Shown: in pieces, positions 21,068 through 36,000 of the stretch
Numbering within the stretch: position 1 is the stretch's first letter
Layout of the letters: every line of letters begins with the position of its first letter
From: an uncultured virus (IMG/VR IMGVR_UViG_3300026321_000001)
Taxonomy: Duplodnaviria; Heunggongvirae; Uroviricota; Caudoviricetes
Length of the DNA: 64,000 nucleotides
IMG/VR virus record: IMGVR_UViG_3300026321_000001
Direction: 5' to 3' (one strand)
The notes under the pieces: model-generated
Database searches by the model: none
Told to the model about the DNA's origin: nothing
The model's input: only the letters and a program-made list of their open reading frames with translations
Translations under genes and position numbers: made by a program

Positions 21068-24000
21068 TAGTTATCATCGAATATTTGATCTGGGGTGAAG
21101 TTATCAACGGTGGTAGAACCGATGTTGATAGTCAGTATGGCAGATTGAGAGAGTGTTGGAGTTGCACCCGTAGATGTTAGTCCGACTCTAAATTCATCTC
21201 CACCGTCACCCTGGCTAGTAGCAGGTGTAGTGTAAGTAGGTGATGTAGCACCATCAATATTTATCCAAGAGTTAGTTCCGTAATCCTTCTTCTGCCACTG
21301 ATAGTTAATCACTCCACCAGCAGGTGTAGTGGATGCTATTACAGTGAAGGAAGCAGTCTGACCTTGGTTAACGGTTGTGTTAACAGGCTGTGACTCGATA
21401 GTGATGAATGCTTCACCAACAGGAGTTGATTCGCCAGGAGGTACGTACTCAGGGTGGTAAATGTCAATTCCACCATTAACTCCTGCACCTGTAGGTCCTA
21501 AGAAGTCGTCTGCGACAGTAGTATTAACTCCCACAGATGGTTGTACATAACCTTGACCAGCGTTCTTAACGTCAATACGTGCGAGACCAACTAGTGCCTT
21601 GATCTTACCACCGAAACCAGAGGAGGAAATTACATCAACGTTTGGACGTGAAGTGAAACCATCACCAGAGTTGGTGAGGATTGCTTCAGTAATACGACCT
21701 CTTTCAATGTTTGCAAGTGCTTGTGCGTTACGTCCACGAACAGATCCAGTGTATTCGAAGGTAATTAGTGAGTTAGAAGACTCAATTAGAGCAACAGTTC
21801 TTTCAAATTCTTCACCTTCAATTGCTAGTTTGTCACCAGTTTCGATAGGTGGTACGACTGTAGCAGCGATAACGTCAACATCAGAACCAATGTAGGAGAA
21901 TGCAACGAATGTTGAACCCGCACGAGGGACTTCAGAGAAGATTATACGTGAACCAACCAATTCAAAACCGATACCTGGTTCCTGAATAACACCATTTAAC
22001 TGACAAACGATGTTGTTCTCAGGTCTAATCGTGTTGGACTGTACACCTTCAGTCAATGTTAGTGAGTAGAATACTCCACCCAACTTCAAGTTGAAGGAAT
22101 TCCTCAAGGAGTCGAAGTCGAATGAGATGTCATCTAACTGTCTCAACTTACCTACGTAAACACCGTGGAATGTTGAGTTAATTGCAGGTGCTTCAGTGAA
22201 CTGAATGTTATCAGAGAATGCAGTGAACGCTAATGCACCGCCTGGAGGCTGTAGGATTCCGTTCACGAAGATCATCATATGACCTGCGGGATCTGGGAAG
22301 TAAGCAGTACCGTTGTCTTTGGTTAACTTGAAGTTTGTAGTCTCACCATCAAATCCTCTAAAGTATCTTCTTACGCGACCACGTAGTGTCTTAGCAACGG
22401 AGCAAGCACCTCTAAATCCGTAGTCACCAATGATTTGTGCATTCTTAACAAAATCTCCAGCAGTATCACCTAAGTGAATGATCGCACGTAAACCAACCTG
22501 TTCAATCTTCTCGATTCTACCGTAAGCAGTTGTTGGAGTAATTACAACAGCAACAATTGCAGATGTGTATACACTTGGGAAGTTAGATCCAGGAGGGATC
22601 TTAGCAAGTTGATAAGCAACATCACCACCGATTACAGTTAGATCATCACCAATAGCACTAAATCTACCGACCTCATTTGCGAGGTAAACATACTTGTTAG
22701 TAGTATCGTGCTCAGTAACAACGAATGTGTGTCCAACACTCTGACCTGCGTTCTGAAGTTGTATAACATCACCAACCTTGAATGTATCATCTACACCAAA
22801 GTCAGTAATAATATCTGCATATTGGAACCTAGTGATCTCTGTTGAGTGTAAGTATTCACCAAATCCAGGTAGGACGTTGAATGCTTCAACCTCAATAATC
22901 TGATCTGTGACAGAACCGTAGATAACGTCATTAGCATTGAAGTTACCAGTAACAGTCTCAATATCAAATGTTACACGACCTGACTGGTTATCAAGTAGAG
23001 CACCATCATTATTTCGTACGATAAGTGCATTTGCTCTACCAGAATCTTCCTTGGAGTACAAGATATCAGTAGCAATGAACTCACCCATTCTAAAGTTAAC
23101 CAACATTAGTTTGTGCGTAGAAGCACCAACAGTTGCAGTAGCACCAGATGTAGTGCCTTCGATAAGATCAGCAGGAGATAAAGTACCACCTGTGATAATA
23201 ACCTTCATATAAGTTGCATTATCTGTTGCGAGAATGGTTCCCTTGTTAGCGGTAGCACCAGTCTTAACAACTTCCTCACCTTGTACAAAGATCTCTGGAT
23301 CACTAGTAACAGTTATTGGTAAGTATGTTGTATTATAAAGAACTTCAGCGTGGTTATCCTGAACTCTGATTACTTCAGCATATGCTCCAGAGGTAGCACC
23401 AAAGAATATATCAGCAGGTTGTATACCACCAGCAATAGGTGTTGGTACATTACGCTCACCAAATGTTGATGTTGTACGTACAATACCTGTCTCATCATTT
23501 ACAGAGAAACTATGAACTTGCCCTTGAGTACCTGGAGTTAGTGATTCAATCTTGTCTCCATCAATATACTCTGAAATCCATATTAGATTTTCAGTAGTAT
23601 CAGGGTGGATATAGTAAATTGTCCTATCTAATTCATTAATAGCAGCACCTAGAACTGTGTAAGTAATACGATCATATGGTTCGAATATATGTCCTAATGG
23701 TGCATCAATAGAACCATCAGTATTAACATCTGTACCAACGTCTATACTATGCTTAAGGTATAATGTGGGTAGAGTAGAACGATTTAATGCAATATCAATT
23801 AAATGATATAGTTGATTAATCTTATGTACAGCAGTTGCTGTAGGACGATATTCTATATTCTCATATGGCACCTCTTGGTTATAAGCACCAGGATTAACAC
23901 AATCCTGTTCGATTGTATTAACAATAAACTCTTTAGCAGCTTCAGCGTGGAAGATGATATATGTTCTGAATATATTCTGGAACGCTACGAAGTTACCCTC

Positions 24001-27000
24001 GGAATCAAACCAGCTATTAACTAATTCAAGAGTCTTGATGTTACCATCAGTAATTAAATCATATATGAATGCCTTACGGATATCTGCACCGAAGGACTCA
24101 TCACCTGTATAACCTGTATAATTCTGTTTTGTCTTGAAGTATGCTTCACGATCAACATACTGATCATTAAACATCAGAAGTCTCGCTGCCTGACGATACA
24201 TCTCAGGAGCACGACCTAATGTAGACTCAATCAATTCACCTAGAACACGAGCAGCAGATGTCACGTTGTAACAAATACCACCACCAGACTGCAATGCATT
24301 ATTTGTTGCTGGAGCGTTCCTAGTGACAGATTGGTTGGTAAAGTAATTACCACTTCCTGCAGCCGCAGTCTTAATAACGTTAATTGGATAATCAAATAAT
24401 TGAGTAACAGAAGATGCTGTTGCATTACACTGACCACTACCAGCCATATCATAAGTTATTGTTGTATCACGAATTGCAGCACGTTCACCCGTTAACGGCC
24501 ATTCGCCTGGTAGAGTTCTTGCAATACCAGCAATGTATGCATCAGGGTTACCTGCACCAGAACCAAATAGATTGATAGGAATACCCATCAATGTAGTGAT
24601 AGAAGATGCTTGGTTAGAACAACGTGCAGCACCACTACCTGTGTAAGTGGTTATAGAGTTAGATCCAGCAGATATAAATGTGTGAGCATAAGCACCACCA
24701 GTATGTACTGCTGCTCTTCTTATTCCTTTAGTAGTAGCACTTACAAATGTGTGAGTTGTGGTGTTAGTTGATGGAGCAGAGTTTAATACCTGTACATCAA
24801 ATGTATCTGTAGCAACATTGCTAATAGTCATAACCCTATCAGCAAATGGGTCAGTTGCTCTTGGATATGGGTGCTCAGTATTATTACTGTCTTGTGTACA
24901 AGTAAAGACTAAAGACTCTCTATCAAGGATAATACCATCACCATTTTCCCAACCGTGATCAGGTACTGTTAACTGCATAACACCTGTTGTTGGGTTGTAA
25001 GAAGCGTTAGTTACAGTTGTCCTAGTAGGACCTTCAAATTTATGAGCATAAAGACCACCACTACGTACTGCCATTCCAGTAGAACTTACATACTTATGAT
25101 CGTAGGTTCCACCACCGATGATTTGAGGTTTGCTGATTGAATTAGCAACAGCAGACTGGAATACGTGTGTTGTAGTGTTGGTAGAAGGTGTTACATCTAG
25201 GATCTTAACATCAAATGTATTAGTAGTTACATTAGAAATCTTAAGCATTCTTCCAGATGCAGGGTCAGTAGCACGTGGATATGCGTGATCTGACGCTTGA
25301 CCATCTTGATCGCAACGGAATACCAATGCACTATCAGCAATCTTGATGTACTCACCGTTATGGAAGTTATGACCATTAATAGTAAGAGTCATAACACCCG
25401 TTGTTGGGTTGTATGCAGCACCAGTTGGTGTCCAAGTTGTAGTACTACTTACGAAGTTATGAGTTGTAGTGTTAGAAGAAATACCAACGTTGACTGTAAT
25501 TGTTCCATCTGGACGTGTAACTCCACTAGTTGTAGCAGATACGAACTGATGAACAGTCTTATCAAGGTTAGCGTGTCCTACATAAACATCAAATTCATCT
25601 GTAGTTACGTCAGAAATTGGTAGATACTCATCATATGAAGGATCATTCGCTCTAGGATATGAATGATTTGTTGTATTATCATCCTTAGCACAACTGAATG
25701 TGATGGAATTTTCAGCCATCTTGATCTTATCTCTTGAAAGTTCAAGTCCACCAGTAGTTGCAGATACAAATGTATGAGCAGTCTGGTTAGAAATTGGACC
25801 TCTACCGAAGAAATTACCAACGTTAACTTCAAATGTATTGGTACTTGCGTTAGTAACAACTAAGAAACGTTGAGATGCAGGATCACTTGGTCTTGGATAA
25901 GAATGGTTTGTAGCATTACTATCTTGAGCACAAGTGAATGTCAATGAATTATCAGCAATTCTAACTCTGTCACCTTCAACAAATCCGTGACCACCACTTG
26001 TTATCTTCAACATACTGCTTGTTACATCGTAAACAGCACCAGTTGCAGTCTTAGTAACAGAGGTAGTAAACCCGTGATTCGGTATGGTGAGTCTCATCAC
26101 ACCAGTGTTGGGGTTGTATAGAGCACCAGTTACTGTATGAGAGGTATAACCAATAGTATCAATGTTAAGACCACGCTGATAGAATGGATCCCTCTTATGG
26201 ATCATTCCATTAGAAGCAATACCAGTATTTGCGTGTGTGTAAATACCACCACCTCTTATAGCAGATCTAGTAACACAGTTAGCAACAGCACTTATAAATG
26301 TGTGAGCAGAGATGTTAGTAGAAGGTGTAACATCAAGTATCTTAACGTTGAATGTGTCAGCAGTTACGGTACTAATTGGCATCCACTTATCCCAGAATGG
26401 GTCTGTCTTACGTGGATATGTGTGGTTAGTAGCGTGACTATCCTTATCACAAGTAAATGTGAGTGACTCTTCAGCAAACTTAACCATATCACCATCGTTA
26501 TAACCGTGACCAGTTATAGTCACTGTCATTACACCTGAGACAGGATTGTAGTTAATCGCAGTAGGTGTCTTACCTACCTGTTGAATAAACTGGTGAACTG
26601 TAGTATTTGTAGAGGGTTGTGAAGCAAGAACTTGTACAGAAATTTTAGTATCAGTTACAGCAGTAATAGGTACAGCATTCTGATAGGTTGGATCTCCTAA
26701 ACGTGGGTAAGTATGATTAGTCTGGTTACTATCCTGAGCACAAGTGAATGTTAATGAGTTAGCAGCAATACGAATACTCTGTCCAACAGTAAATTCGTGA
26801 TGACCAATCTCCATCTCCATAACACCTGAAGTTGGATTGTAACTTACAGAGTATGGTTCAAATCCTACAGATGGTGTTGTTCCAACATTAACTTGGAATG
26901 TATTAGCTTGAACATTCTCAACAGGAATCCACCGATCGAAAGTAGGATCAGTTGTTCTAGGATATGTGTGGCTAGAACCATTGTTATCCATTGAACAAGT

Positions 27001-30000
27001 GAACGTAAATGCATTCTCCTTGAACTTAACGAAGTCTCCATTAGAGAATCCGTGATTGTTCTGAGTCAATGTCATCAATCCAGTTAGAGGATCATAAGCA
27101 GCACCAGTAGGAGTTGACTCAATCATCGCACCTCTTGGATACGTATGAATTGACTGGTTGCTATCTAATCCACAAGTAAATGATAATGAATTAGGAGCGA
27201 TTCTAATATTGTCGTGTCTGTTAAAGTAATGGTTACCTATTCCAAGTACCATTGAACCTGTAATTGCGTTGAATGTAGCACTAGAAACTGTATGTCCAGT
27301 TGTAGGAGTAGCACCAACGTTAACGGTAACCCATCCAGTCTGTTTCTTCAATCCACCAGTAGTAGCACCAACATAAGTGTGAGCGAAGTTACCACCAGCA
27401 GAAATACCAACATTACAGGTGAATGTATTAGCATCAGGAGTAGAAAGAACTTCTATCCAATGTCCTGCTTCTGGATCATCTGCTCTTGGATATGTGTGGT
27501 TAGTAGCGTTGCTATCCTTAGTACAATTGAATGTAATTGAATTAAGATCAAACTTAACTAGATCAGGTGCAACAGTAATTGTATTTGGATTAGATGCCTG
27601 GAATCTATGCTCTGATGTATCAGATACAGCACCATTAGTTTCACCAGTTCCAACATTAACAGTAAATCTATTTCTATTTGCCTTGCTAACAATCAACCAT
27701 TGATCATAAGCAGGGTCAGTTTTTCTTGGATATGAGTGATTAGAACTGTATTGATCTCTTGCACATCTGAATGTAATAGCACCTTCAGCAAGTTTAATGC
27801 TATCACCAACTACAATATTATGATTTGCACTATAGATCTCCATATCACCTGTTGTTGGATCAAACTTGGCGAAAGTTGGAGATGCTGTACGTGCAGCTCT
27901 GAATCCGTGGTTAGCAATAGTACAAGATAAAATACCACTTGTAGGAGTATAAGATGCACCAGTAATAGTATGAGATGTAGAACCTGCTTCCTTCATCTGT
28001 AAAGCAGTGTTTCTAGCAGGATCAGACATACGTGGATACACGTGCTCTGAAGCGTGACTGTCCATATCACAAGTGAACTTCAATGACTCATCGTGAATCT
28101 TAATGGTTGTTCCTTCCATTAAGTTATGAGCACCAACTTTCAGTTGCATATCACCAGTCTCACCATCATAAATGGCATCACCAACGCTATAGAATATAGC
28201 AGGAGATTTACCAACATTGACAGTAACAGAACCAGACTCTAATTCAACACCATCATCAACAGCAGAGATGAACTTATGACTGTAATTACCACCTGTTGTT
28301 ACACAATTGTTAGTAGCAGATACAAATGTATGCTGTGTTACGTTGGTAGATGGAAGTATTGGAAGAACGTTAACTGTTATAGAAGTTGCAGTTGTACCAG
28401 TAATAGTCAAAGGATTACCATATACAGGATCAGAAGACTTAGTAATGCAGTTAACAGCAGCAGACTTGAATAGGTGAGTGTAGTTACCACCAGTTGTTAT
28501 ACAAGCAGGTTCTGCACTCTTGAAGATATGAGCAGTTGTGTTAGAAGAAATACCAACATTAACAGTGATTGTATCATCCTTCTTAATAATTCCATTACTC
28601 AATCCACTAACGAATGTGTGGTTAGTTGTATTAGTAGATGGAATAGTATCCAATACTTGAACAGTAAATGTAGTTGAACTACCAACAGACTGAACTTGAA
28701 TCCACTTATCACTAATTGGGTCAGTTGCTCTTGGATATGCGTGGTTAGTAGCACCACCATCTTCAGCACAATTAAATGTTACTGCACCATCTCTTAACTT
28801 GACATAATCACCAACAACTAATCCGTGAGCAGCAGATGTTGTGATATTAATAATACCAGTAGCTCCACTGTAAGTAGTACCAGATGCAGCAGTCAAAGGA
28901 GTACCTTCGTACTTGATTTCGACTGAAGAATCAAATGCTTGGTCTTTCTTAGCAGTTAGAGAACCAGCAGTAGAGGAAACATAAGCGTGTGTGTAAATAC
29001 CACCAGCTCTAAATACTGCTCTTGAAATACTATTAGCAACAGCACTTACAAAGTTATGAGTTGTAGTATTGGTTGAAGGTGTATTCTCTAGAACTTGAAT
29101 ACTAAAGGTATTAGCATCGATGTATGTAATAGGTACAAACTTATTAGATACAGGGTCAGAAGCACGAGGATAAGCGTGATTGGTTTGATCACTATCTTGA
29201 CCACAAGTAAAGGTTACTGCACCATCATCAATCTTGATATATTCACCATTAACAACACCGTGGTTAGTAACACTAAGAGTCATAACACCCGTTGTTGGGT
29301 TGTATGCTGCTGATGTTGGGGTTAACTTAGTAGGAGCAACCCAAGTATGTGGAGTTGTGTTAGTTGAAGGAACAGTGCTTAGAACCTGAACTGTAATTGT
29401 AGTATCAGTAACAGCAGTGATGTTACAAGCAGTATCATAGAATGGGTCATCTTGAGTAGCACCACCTTGACCTGAAGCACGAGGGTATGTATGATCTGTA
29501 GCGTAGTTGTCAAATCCACACTTGAATTTCAGTGAATTTTGAGCTATTCTTACAGATGTACCAACGGTTAAGTCGTGAGTACCAATGGTCATAACCATCA
29601 ATCCTGTTGCAGGATCGTAAGTTACAAGTGAAGGATCATAACCAACAGAAGGTGTCTTACCTACGTTACAAGTAAATGTTGTGTTACCAGTTACATCAAT
29701 CTCCAACCACTTACCAGATACAGGGTCAGTTGAACGTGGATATGGGTGGTTAGAACCATTACCGTCCATAGAACAAGTAAATGTAATAGCACCATCAGCA
29801 AACTTAATCTTATCTCCATCCTGGAGACCGTGGTTAGCAGCAGTTGTAATAGTGATTATTCCTGTAGCAGGATCATAAGCACCGTTATTAATGTCAGATA
29901 CTGTATAGGTTGTATTTCTTGGATATGGGTGAAGAGTTTGATGACTATCTTGTGCACAAGTGAAGGTTATGCCACCTTCAGCAATCTTAAGTGCAGTTCC

Positions 30001-33000
30001 AGCAGTAAGGCTGTGATCACCAATGGTTAGAACCATATCACCAGTAGAAGGGGTGTAAACCACATCTTTTGGTGTGAAACTTACAGCAGGAGATATACCT
30101 ACATTAAAGGTGAATGTATTTGTAGAAACTGCTTCAATCTTCATCCAAGAATTGTTAGCAGGATCATCTTGTCTAGGATAAGAGTGCTCAGAAGCGTGTC
30201 CATCCATAGAACAAGTCATTACTAATCCATCCTTCTCAACTTGAACCATCTCACCAACCTTGAATCCGTGGTTAGCAACAGTAACAGTTAAGTGACCATT
30301 TACAGGATTATATGAAGCATCAGTTGGAGTTGCATTAACAGTTGTAATTCTTGGATATGTGTGGTTAGTAGCATCATCGTCTTCCTTACAAGTAAATGTT
30401 AAGGAGTTAGGTGCTAACTTAATATGAGTACCAGTTGTTAAACCGTGCACACCAAGTACAAGTTCTAAACCACCTGTAGTTGGGTCATAGTTTGCTTGAG
30501 ATGGAGTAAATGTCTTAAGTGGTGTCTTACCAATATTCATCTCAAAGGTGTTCTTAGTTACACTTGAAATGGGTAAGAAACGTCCACTAGCAGGGTCAGA
30601 AAGTCTTGGATATGTCTTCTTGCTATAATGCTCATCCATATCACAACTGAATGTCATAGAGTCATTAACAAGTCTAATCTTGTCACCATTTTTGAATCCG
30701 TGACTAGGAACTGTAACATTCAGGAATCCAGTAACAGGGTTAAAGTTAGCCCAAGTAGCAGTATGGAATGTAGTTCCGATAGCTTCAATATCAATTGCTT
30801 TATCGACTACTGGATCAGTAGAACGAGGATACTTATGAATAGATCTATAATTATCCTGAGCACAACGATAATTTAACTCACCCTCAAGAATCTTAAGTGT
30901 TTGACCAGTCCTTAGACTATGTGATCCAATATCAAGAGTTAATAAACCTGTCTCTGGATCATAGGTAGAATCCTTAGCATCAAAGTTAACTCTCTGAGTT
31001 ATACCAACATTAACTGTGACATCATTACCACTTACATTAGTAACTGGTAGTAATGAGATGGCAGCAGGGTCGGATGTTCTTGGATAAGAGTGTTGAGTTT
31101 GATGATCGTCTTGATCACAAGTGAAAACAAGTGAATTTGTGTTAATTCTAAGTGTATCGTTGGTAGTTACACCGTGTGATGCAGCTAAGGTTAAGACTAA
31201 AAGACCAGTTGCAGGATCATAAGTTGCTGCTGTTGGAGTATGTTGACCAGAAGCAGTCTGTTGATCGATAGTAATTGTCTGATCATATACTGGATCACCT
31301 TCTGTATAACCGTTAGTGGTTACCAATTGCTGTCTCATTACCTGAATAGCAATGTCACGTGCCTGTTCAAAGACGTACTTAACTTCAGTAGACTGAGAAT
31401 TAATATGCTGAATAGCATTAGCATCAGTAATATAGAACTCAGTTGCATACCATAGTTTGTTGTTACCACCGTGCTTAAGGTTGAATACAGTTGCTTCTAA
31501 GATGTCAACAACGTCATCAACACAACTCTGATAACCATATCCACCGAAACCTAATGTTGGATACTGAGAAACAGCACGACCAACAGCAGTAGAAGCAATG
31601 AATCTTATATTTTTCTCTATTTCATTACCAGCATCATAGAACTTGTTACCAGCTGCTCCATCTCCTGCGGCATTAAAATCATAATTGTTCCGTGGAGGAT
31701 TAGATGCTTCATCAGGGAAGGGATTAAACCCTAACTTGTTCTGGATGGCGAGTGCTGACATATCTCTAGCCATCTTCATAGCAAAGAGAGTTTCTTCTGT
31801 CTCGTCAGTAACGTGCTTCAATCCATTCTCAGTATTGAGATATAACATAGAAGCATCATATACAGCAGAGTTAGAACTAAATCTAAGGTCGTGAATAACA
31901 CCTTGAATTACATCAACGATATCATCTTCACAATGGTTCTTACCACCTTTAACACTGAAGTTTTTGTGCTTGAATGCAGAACACTTAAGCATAAGAGCAA
32001 CTGCTTCACCAGCAATAGCACGCTTGTTAGTTTCAAGCATATCAGCAGCATCTAATTGACGCTGAGAACCTGCATAGATCTGATTGTCGTGTGTGAATGT
32101 TGGTTCAGTTGCTTGATCCTTACGATATGCAGCAATATCTGTATACTGGAACTGGAATAAGTCATCAATAGTCTGAGCATTCATTCCTGCAATATTAGCA
32201 AGGTTCTCAGAACGTGAGACAAGAGCATTTTGCAATGCTTTCTCCATCAACATCTTAGAATAACCAATTGCATCAAGCATTGGTAGCAATTCTTTCTCAA
32301 CTTCAATGATCTTCTTCTGAGGATCTAAGTATCGATCGATTATGCCTTGTACATTAGAGTTACCACCAGTTAATAGGTCACCAGCAATAGCAGGTATGAT
32401 GTGATCTCTAAGGTCACGAACACACTTTTCACGACCTGGAGTACCACCAGGAATGTCAAACTTATCTTCTTGAACGAAGTTAATAGTTACGTTATACTGT
32501 TCTTCTAACCAGAAAGCTACTTCATCAGCGATACACTTACGGTTGAAGTATAGTAAATCAGCACCGTCTCTAAATCTATTACCTGTAGGACCAAGAACTA
32601 GTAGTAAATTATCTACTATATCAGTGATAAAGGTCTGTATACCAGCAGCCGCAGGAGATGAGAAGTAGTTAGGAATACGAATACGTGTTGTATGCTCACC
32701 AGTTAGGTCATCAGCATTAGCAGTAATAACATCATTACAGAGTTTACCAACTTCTCTCCAAGCATAGATCGACTGAAGTAGTTCTCCATTAACGTGTGCT
32801 AATTGACCAGCCTGGTTAGCAAGATATCCTCTACCTGCAACGATGGTATTATAGTTACCACCATATCTAAGGTCAGCAACAATAGCAGGAATGATATACT
32901 CGTAAGTATCTCTCAAGCAAAGTCTAGTACCTTCTGAAGATGTACCAGTATCACCAGGTATCACAAAGTCAGGATACTGAGCCTTCATCCTACCAACTGC

Positions 33001-36000
33001 TTCCTCAGCAATCCAGTACTTGTTCTTATCAATCATATCTGCACATTCTCTATACTCATCACGAGCAAGATCAACCCCCTCAGTCATAATCTCATCACGC
33101 CATAGTTCTACACCATCAGCAGTACAGGTAGAAACAATTGATTGCTCATACTTAGCATATATCTCACCTTTAATAATAGGAATAGGTGCTTCACCATCAA
33201 ATCCAAACTTAAGATTGATATCTGTATCATCATAAGTTGAACTAGGAGTAAAGTCACCAGTATAATCTATTGCTGTGATACCTAATTTAATCATTAGGTT
33301 CTCCATATTACCTGTCAATCCCTGAGCATTAGAAGCGTTAGCACCAATCTTGATTGGTAAATTACCGTAGTTAGTATTATCAGTATATGTTGTAGTTACC
33401 TTAGTACCACCAACGAATAGACTAGTAACACCACTATTACGTACAACAGCGATATGTGTCCAAGTATTTGCTGTTAGTCCAGTAGAAGTTATCCTATCAA
33501 CATTACCAACGTTCCAACGAACACTGTTGTTAACAATCATCAAATATGCTGAACCTGTATCCGAAGTTGAAGTACGGAAGTCAAGAATCATCTGGTTAGT
33601 ATTAACAGCAGTTACCTTAACCCACAATTCTATAGTGAAGTTACCATCAGGGATTCCACCATTACCAAATGCAAGTTTCTCAGTTGCAGGATGTGTAAGG
33701 TATGCACTACCATTAAATTCTAATGACCCAGTACCAACAGCATAATCTAAATTATCAACTGTGACACCAGTATTAGTTAAGAGACTATTAGTAATGTATT
33801 CTCCAGCTTGGAATGGTGCACTAGGATCCTTAGTATAGATCCACTTGTTACCAGCATTAGAACCAATAATCTCAGCAGTTGAACCAGATGTTATACCTTT
33901 AACAGTTTCACCGAAGACGAAGAATCCACCAGAAGACTTATCTTTATAAGCCATCTTGACAGACTTAAGTGTCTCAGCGTCATTAAATGAATATGCAGGT
34001 TCAACTCTTGTTAGATTACTAATAGACCACTGATAGGTAGCAGGTGTTGCTCCAGTAGGATCCTGAATAGAATCAGTAATAATAGCAAAGAAGTTTGTAA
34101 GAGTAGATGTTATGCTTACACAAGCAGTTGTAGATGGATTAGCCAGTACAGCACCAGTTGGAATTGTCTTAGTAGTTCCAGCAGCAAATGCTGTATGAGT
34201 TCCAGGAGAAGCAGTAGTACCTAGGGCATTAATCACTAAATCCATCAGGGTGGTTATTGTTGAACCAACTGCATTACATACAGGTGATCCAGTATCAACA
34301 GTGATTCCACTATCAGTAAACTGTGTCCAACCGTGTGAACTATCTTGTTTAGCAACTACAACGTTCTTCATAACGTCAAGTGCCATAGTCTTCACTTTGG
34401 TATAAGCGTGAACCATCGTATCGATGTCACCAGTTACAGTACCGTACTGTAATGTTCTATAGGTTGATTCGTAGATATGATCATTACCACCAAGAGCAGT
34501 GTTATATGATAATGCTTCAACAAAGTCAACAATATCACTTAAGCAATGAACATCTCCACCAGTTACTGTATAACCAGGATTCTGTTGCTTGGCATAATAT
34601 AATGCTTCGTGAGCAATGTACCACTTGTTAGCAAGTAATAAAGTTCTAGCATCAGCGTGACTATTATCAGTTGCAGTATACTCACCAGTAATTGTAAGGT
34701 CTCTCCACTGCTGCTTAGTAGTATGTGTCGTATTAATATTCTCCATCCTGACACACTGAATAGCAAGATCTCTTGCTTTGTTCATTGCATAGACTGTTTG
34801 AGCAACAGCACCATCAACGTGATATACAACGTTTCCTTGTACGTAAGTATTAGCAATATCCCAAACTTCAGAGTTACCGTCAAACTCTAACTGCCAAGCC
34901 ATCATATTAATGGCATCTACAATATCATCAATACAATCTTGATTTCTACCTGTATTGATTTGGAAAGAGGGGTAGAAAGCCAACATTATCCCTACGGCTT
35001 CTTCAGCAATAAAGTCTGCATTACGTCTTAAAGTGTTAGAAGCATCACCACGTCTGTTATCGTGTTGCCTTCTTAGAGAAGAGTTACCAAAGTATAACTT
35101 CTTAAGACGAAGGTTACTACCAGCAGCAAAATCAGTACCAGTTAAGTTATCATAACGAATCTCTTGGTTACGAACTCTTTCAAAATCTAGGAAGTCTTGG
35201 TTGTTTGCAGTCTCAGGATCATATAGTTCAACAGGGTTAATAACTGTCTCAGAAATATTATCAAGAATAATATTCGGGAATGTAATTGAAGGAACCCTCT
35301 GGAATACAAGACCAAAGAAAGAAGAACTAGGTGATAGGTCTACCTGATCAATAATCTGGTTGGATATATCATCCTGATAAGGAGCAATGCTAGTAATAGT
35401 TGCACATATCTTAGAACGTGTAGAATAGATGATATCATTGAACTTAAGATTAAATTCTCCAGTTTCAAACTCAGCAGTACCAGATGTACGTGAAACAACT
35501 AGTTCAGTAGTGATAACACCATCTGTTAAGTTGTTTTCCTCAATAATAGCGAACTTACCTTGTAAATTAGTAATCCTTTCACTTTGTTCAAAGATAGTCT
35601 TAGAAGTAAGACCACTTACATCAGATAGGACGGAATTAAACCCAGTAGCTGATCCAAGGATATTTTCATTGATTTGGAAGGTACCACCAGTGATATCAAT
35701 AACATCAATGTAATCAACACCAGAATCTATAACCGTAGCAGTAGTTTCAGAAACTAAACCCCTAACAGTGTTACCTAAGAGTGGGAAGATACCACCAAGT
35801 TGACTAAATGTCATTCTAGTGATCAACTTCTGTGCATAAACCAGCTCACGGAACTTAATCCTAGAAGGTGCTTTAGGTGCTTCAGTAAAGACTACAGAAG
35901 GACCAGAAGTAGAGAATGCAGTACCAGGAGACTGTGCAACACCATTGAGCAGAATAAACATCTGATCTTCAGTTGCTGTGATGGAACTACCCTCAACATT

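Noticed and set aside
24640..31250. Intein, intron or assembly-collapse explanation for the giant ORF
   Set aside because: No intein terminal motifs noticed, the frame is open throughout, and repeat copies are well diverged at DNA level.
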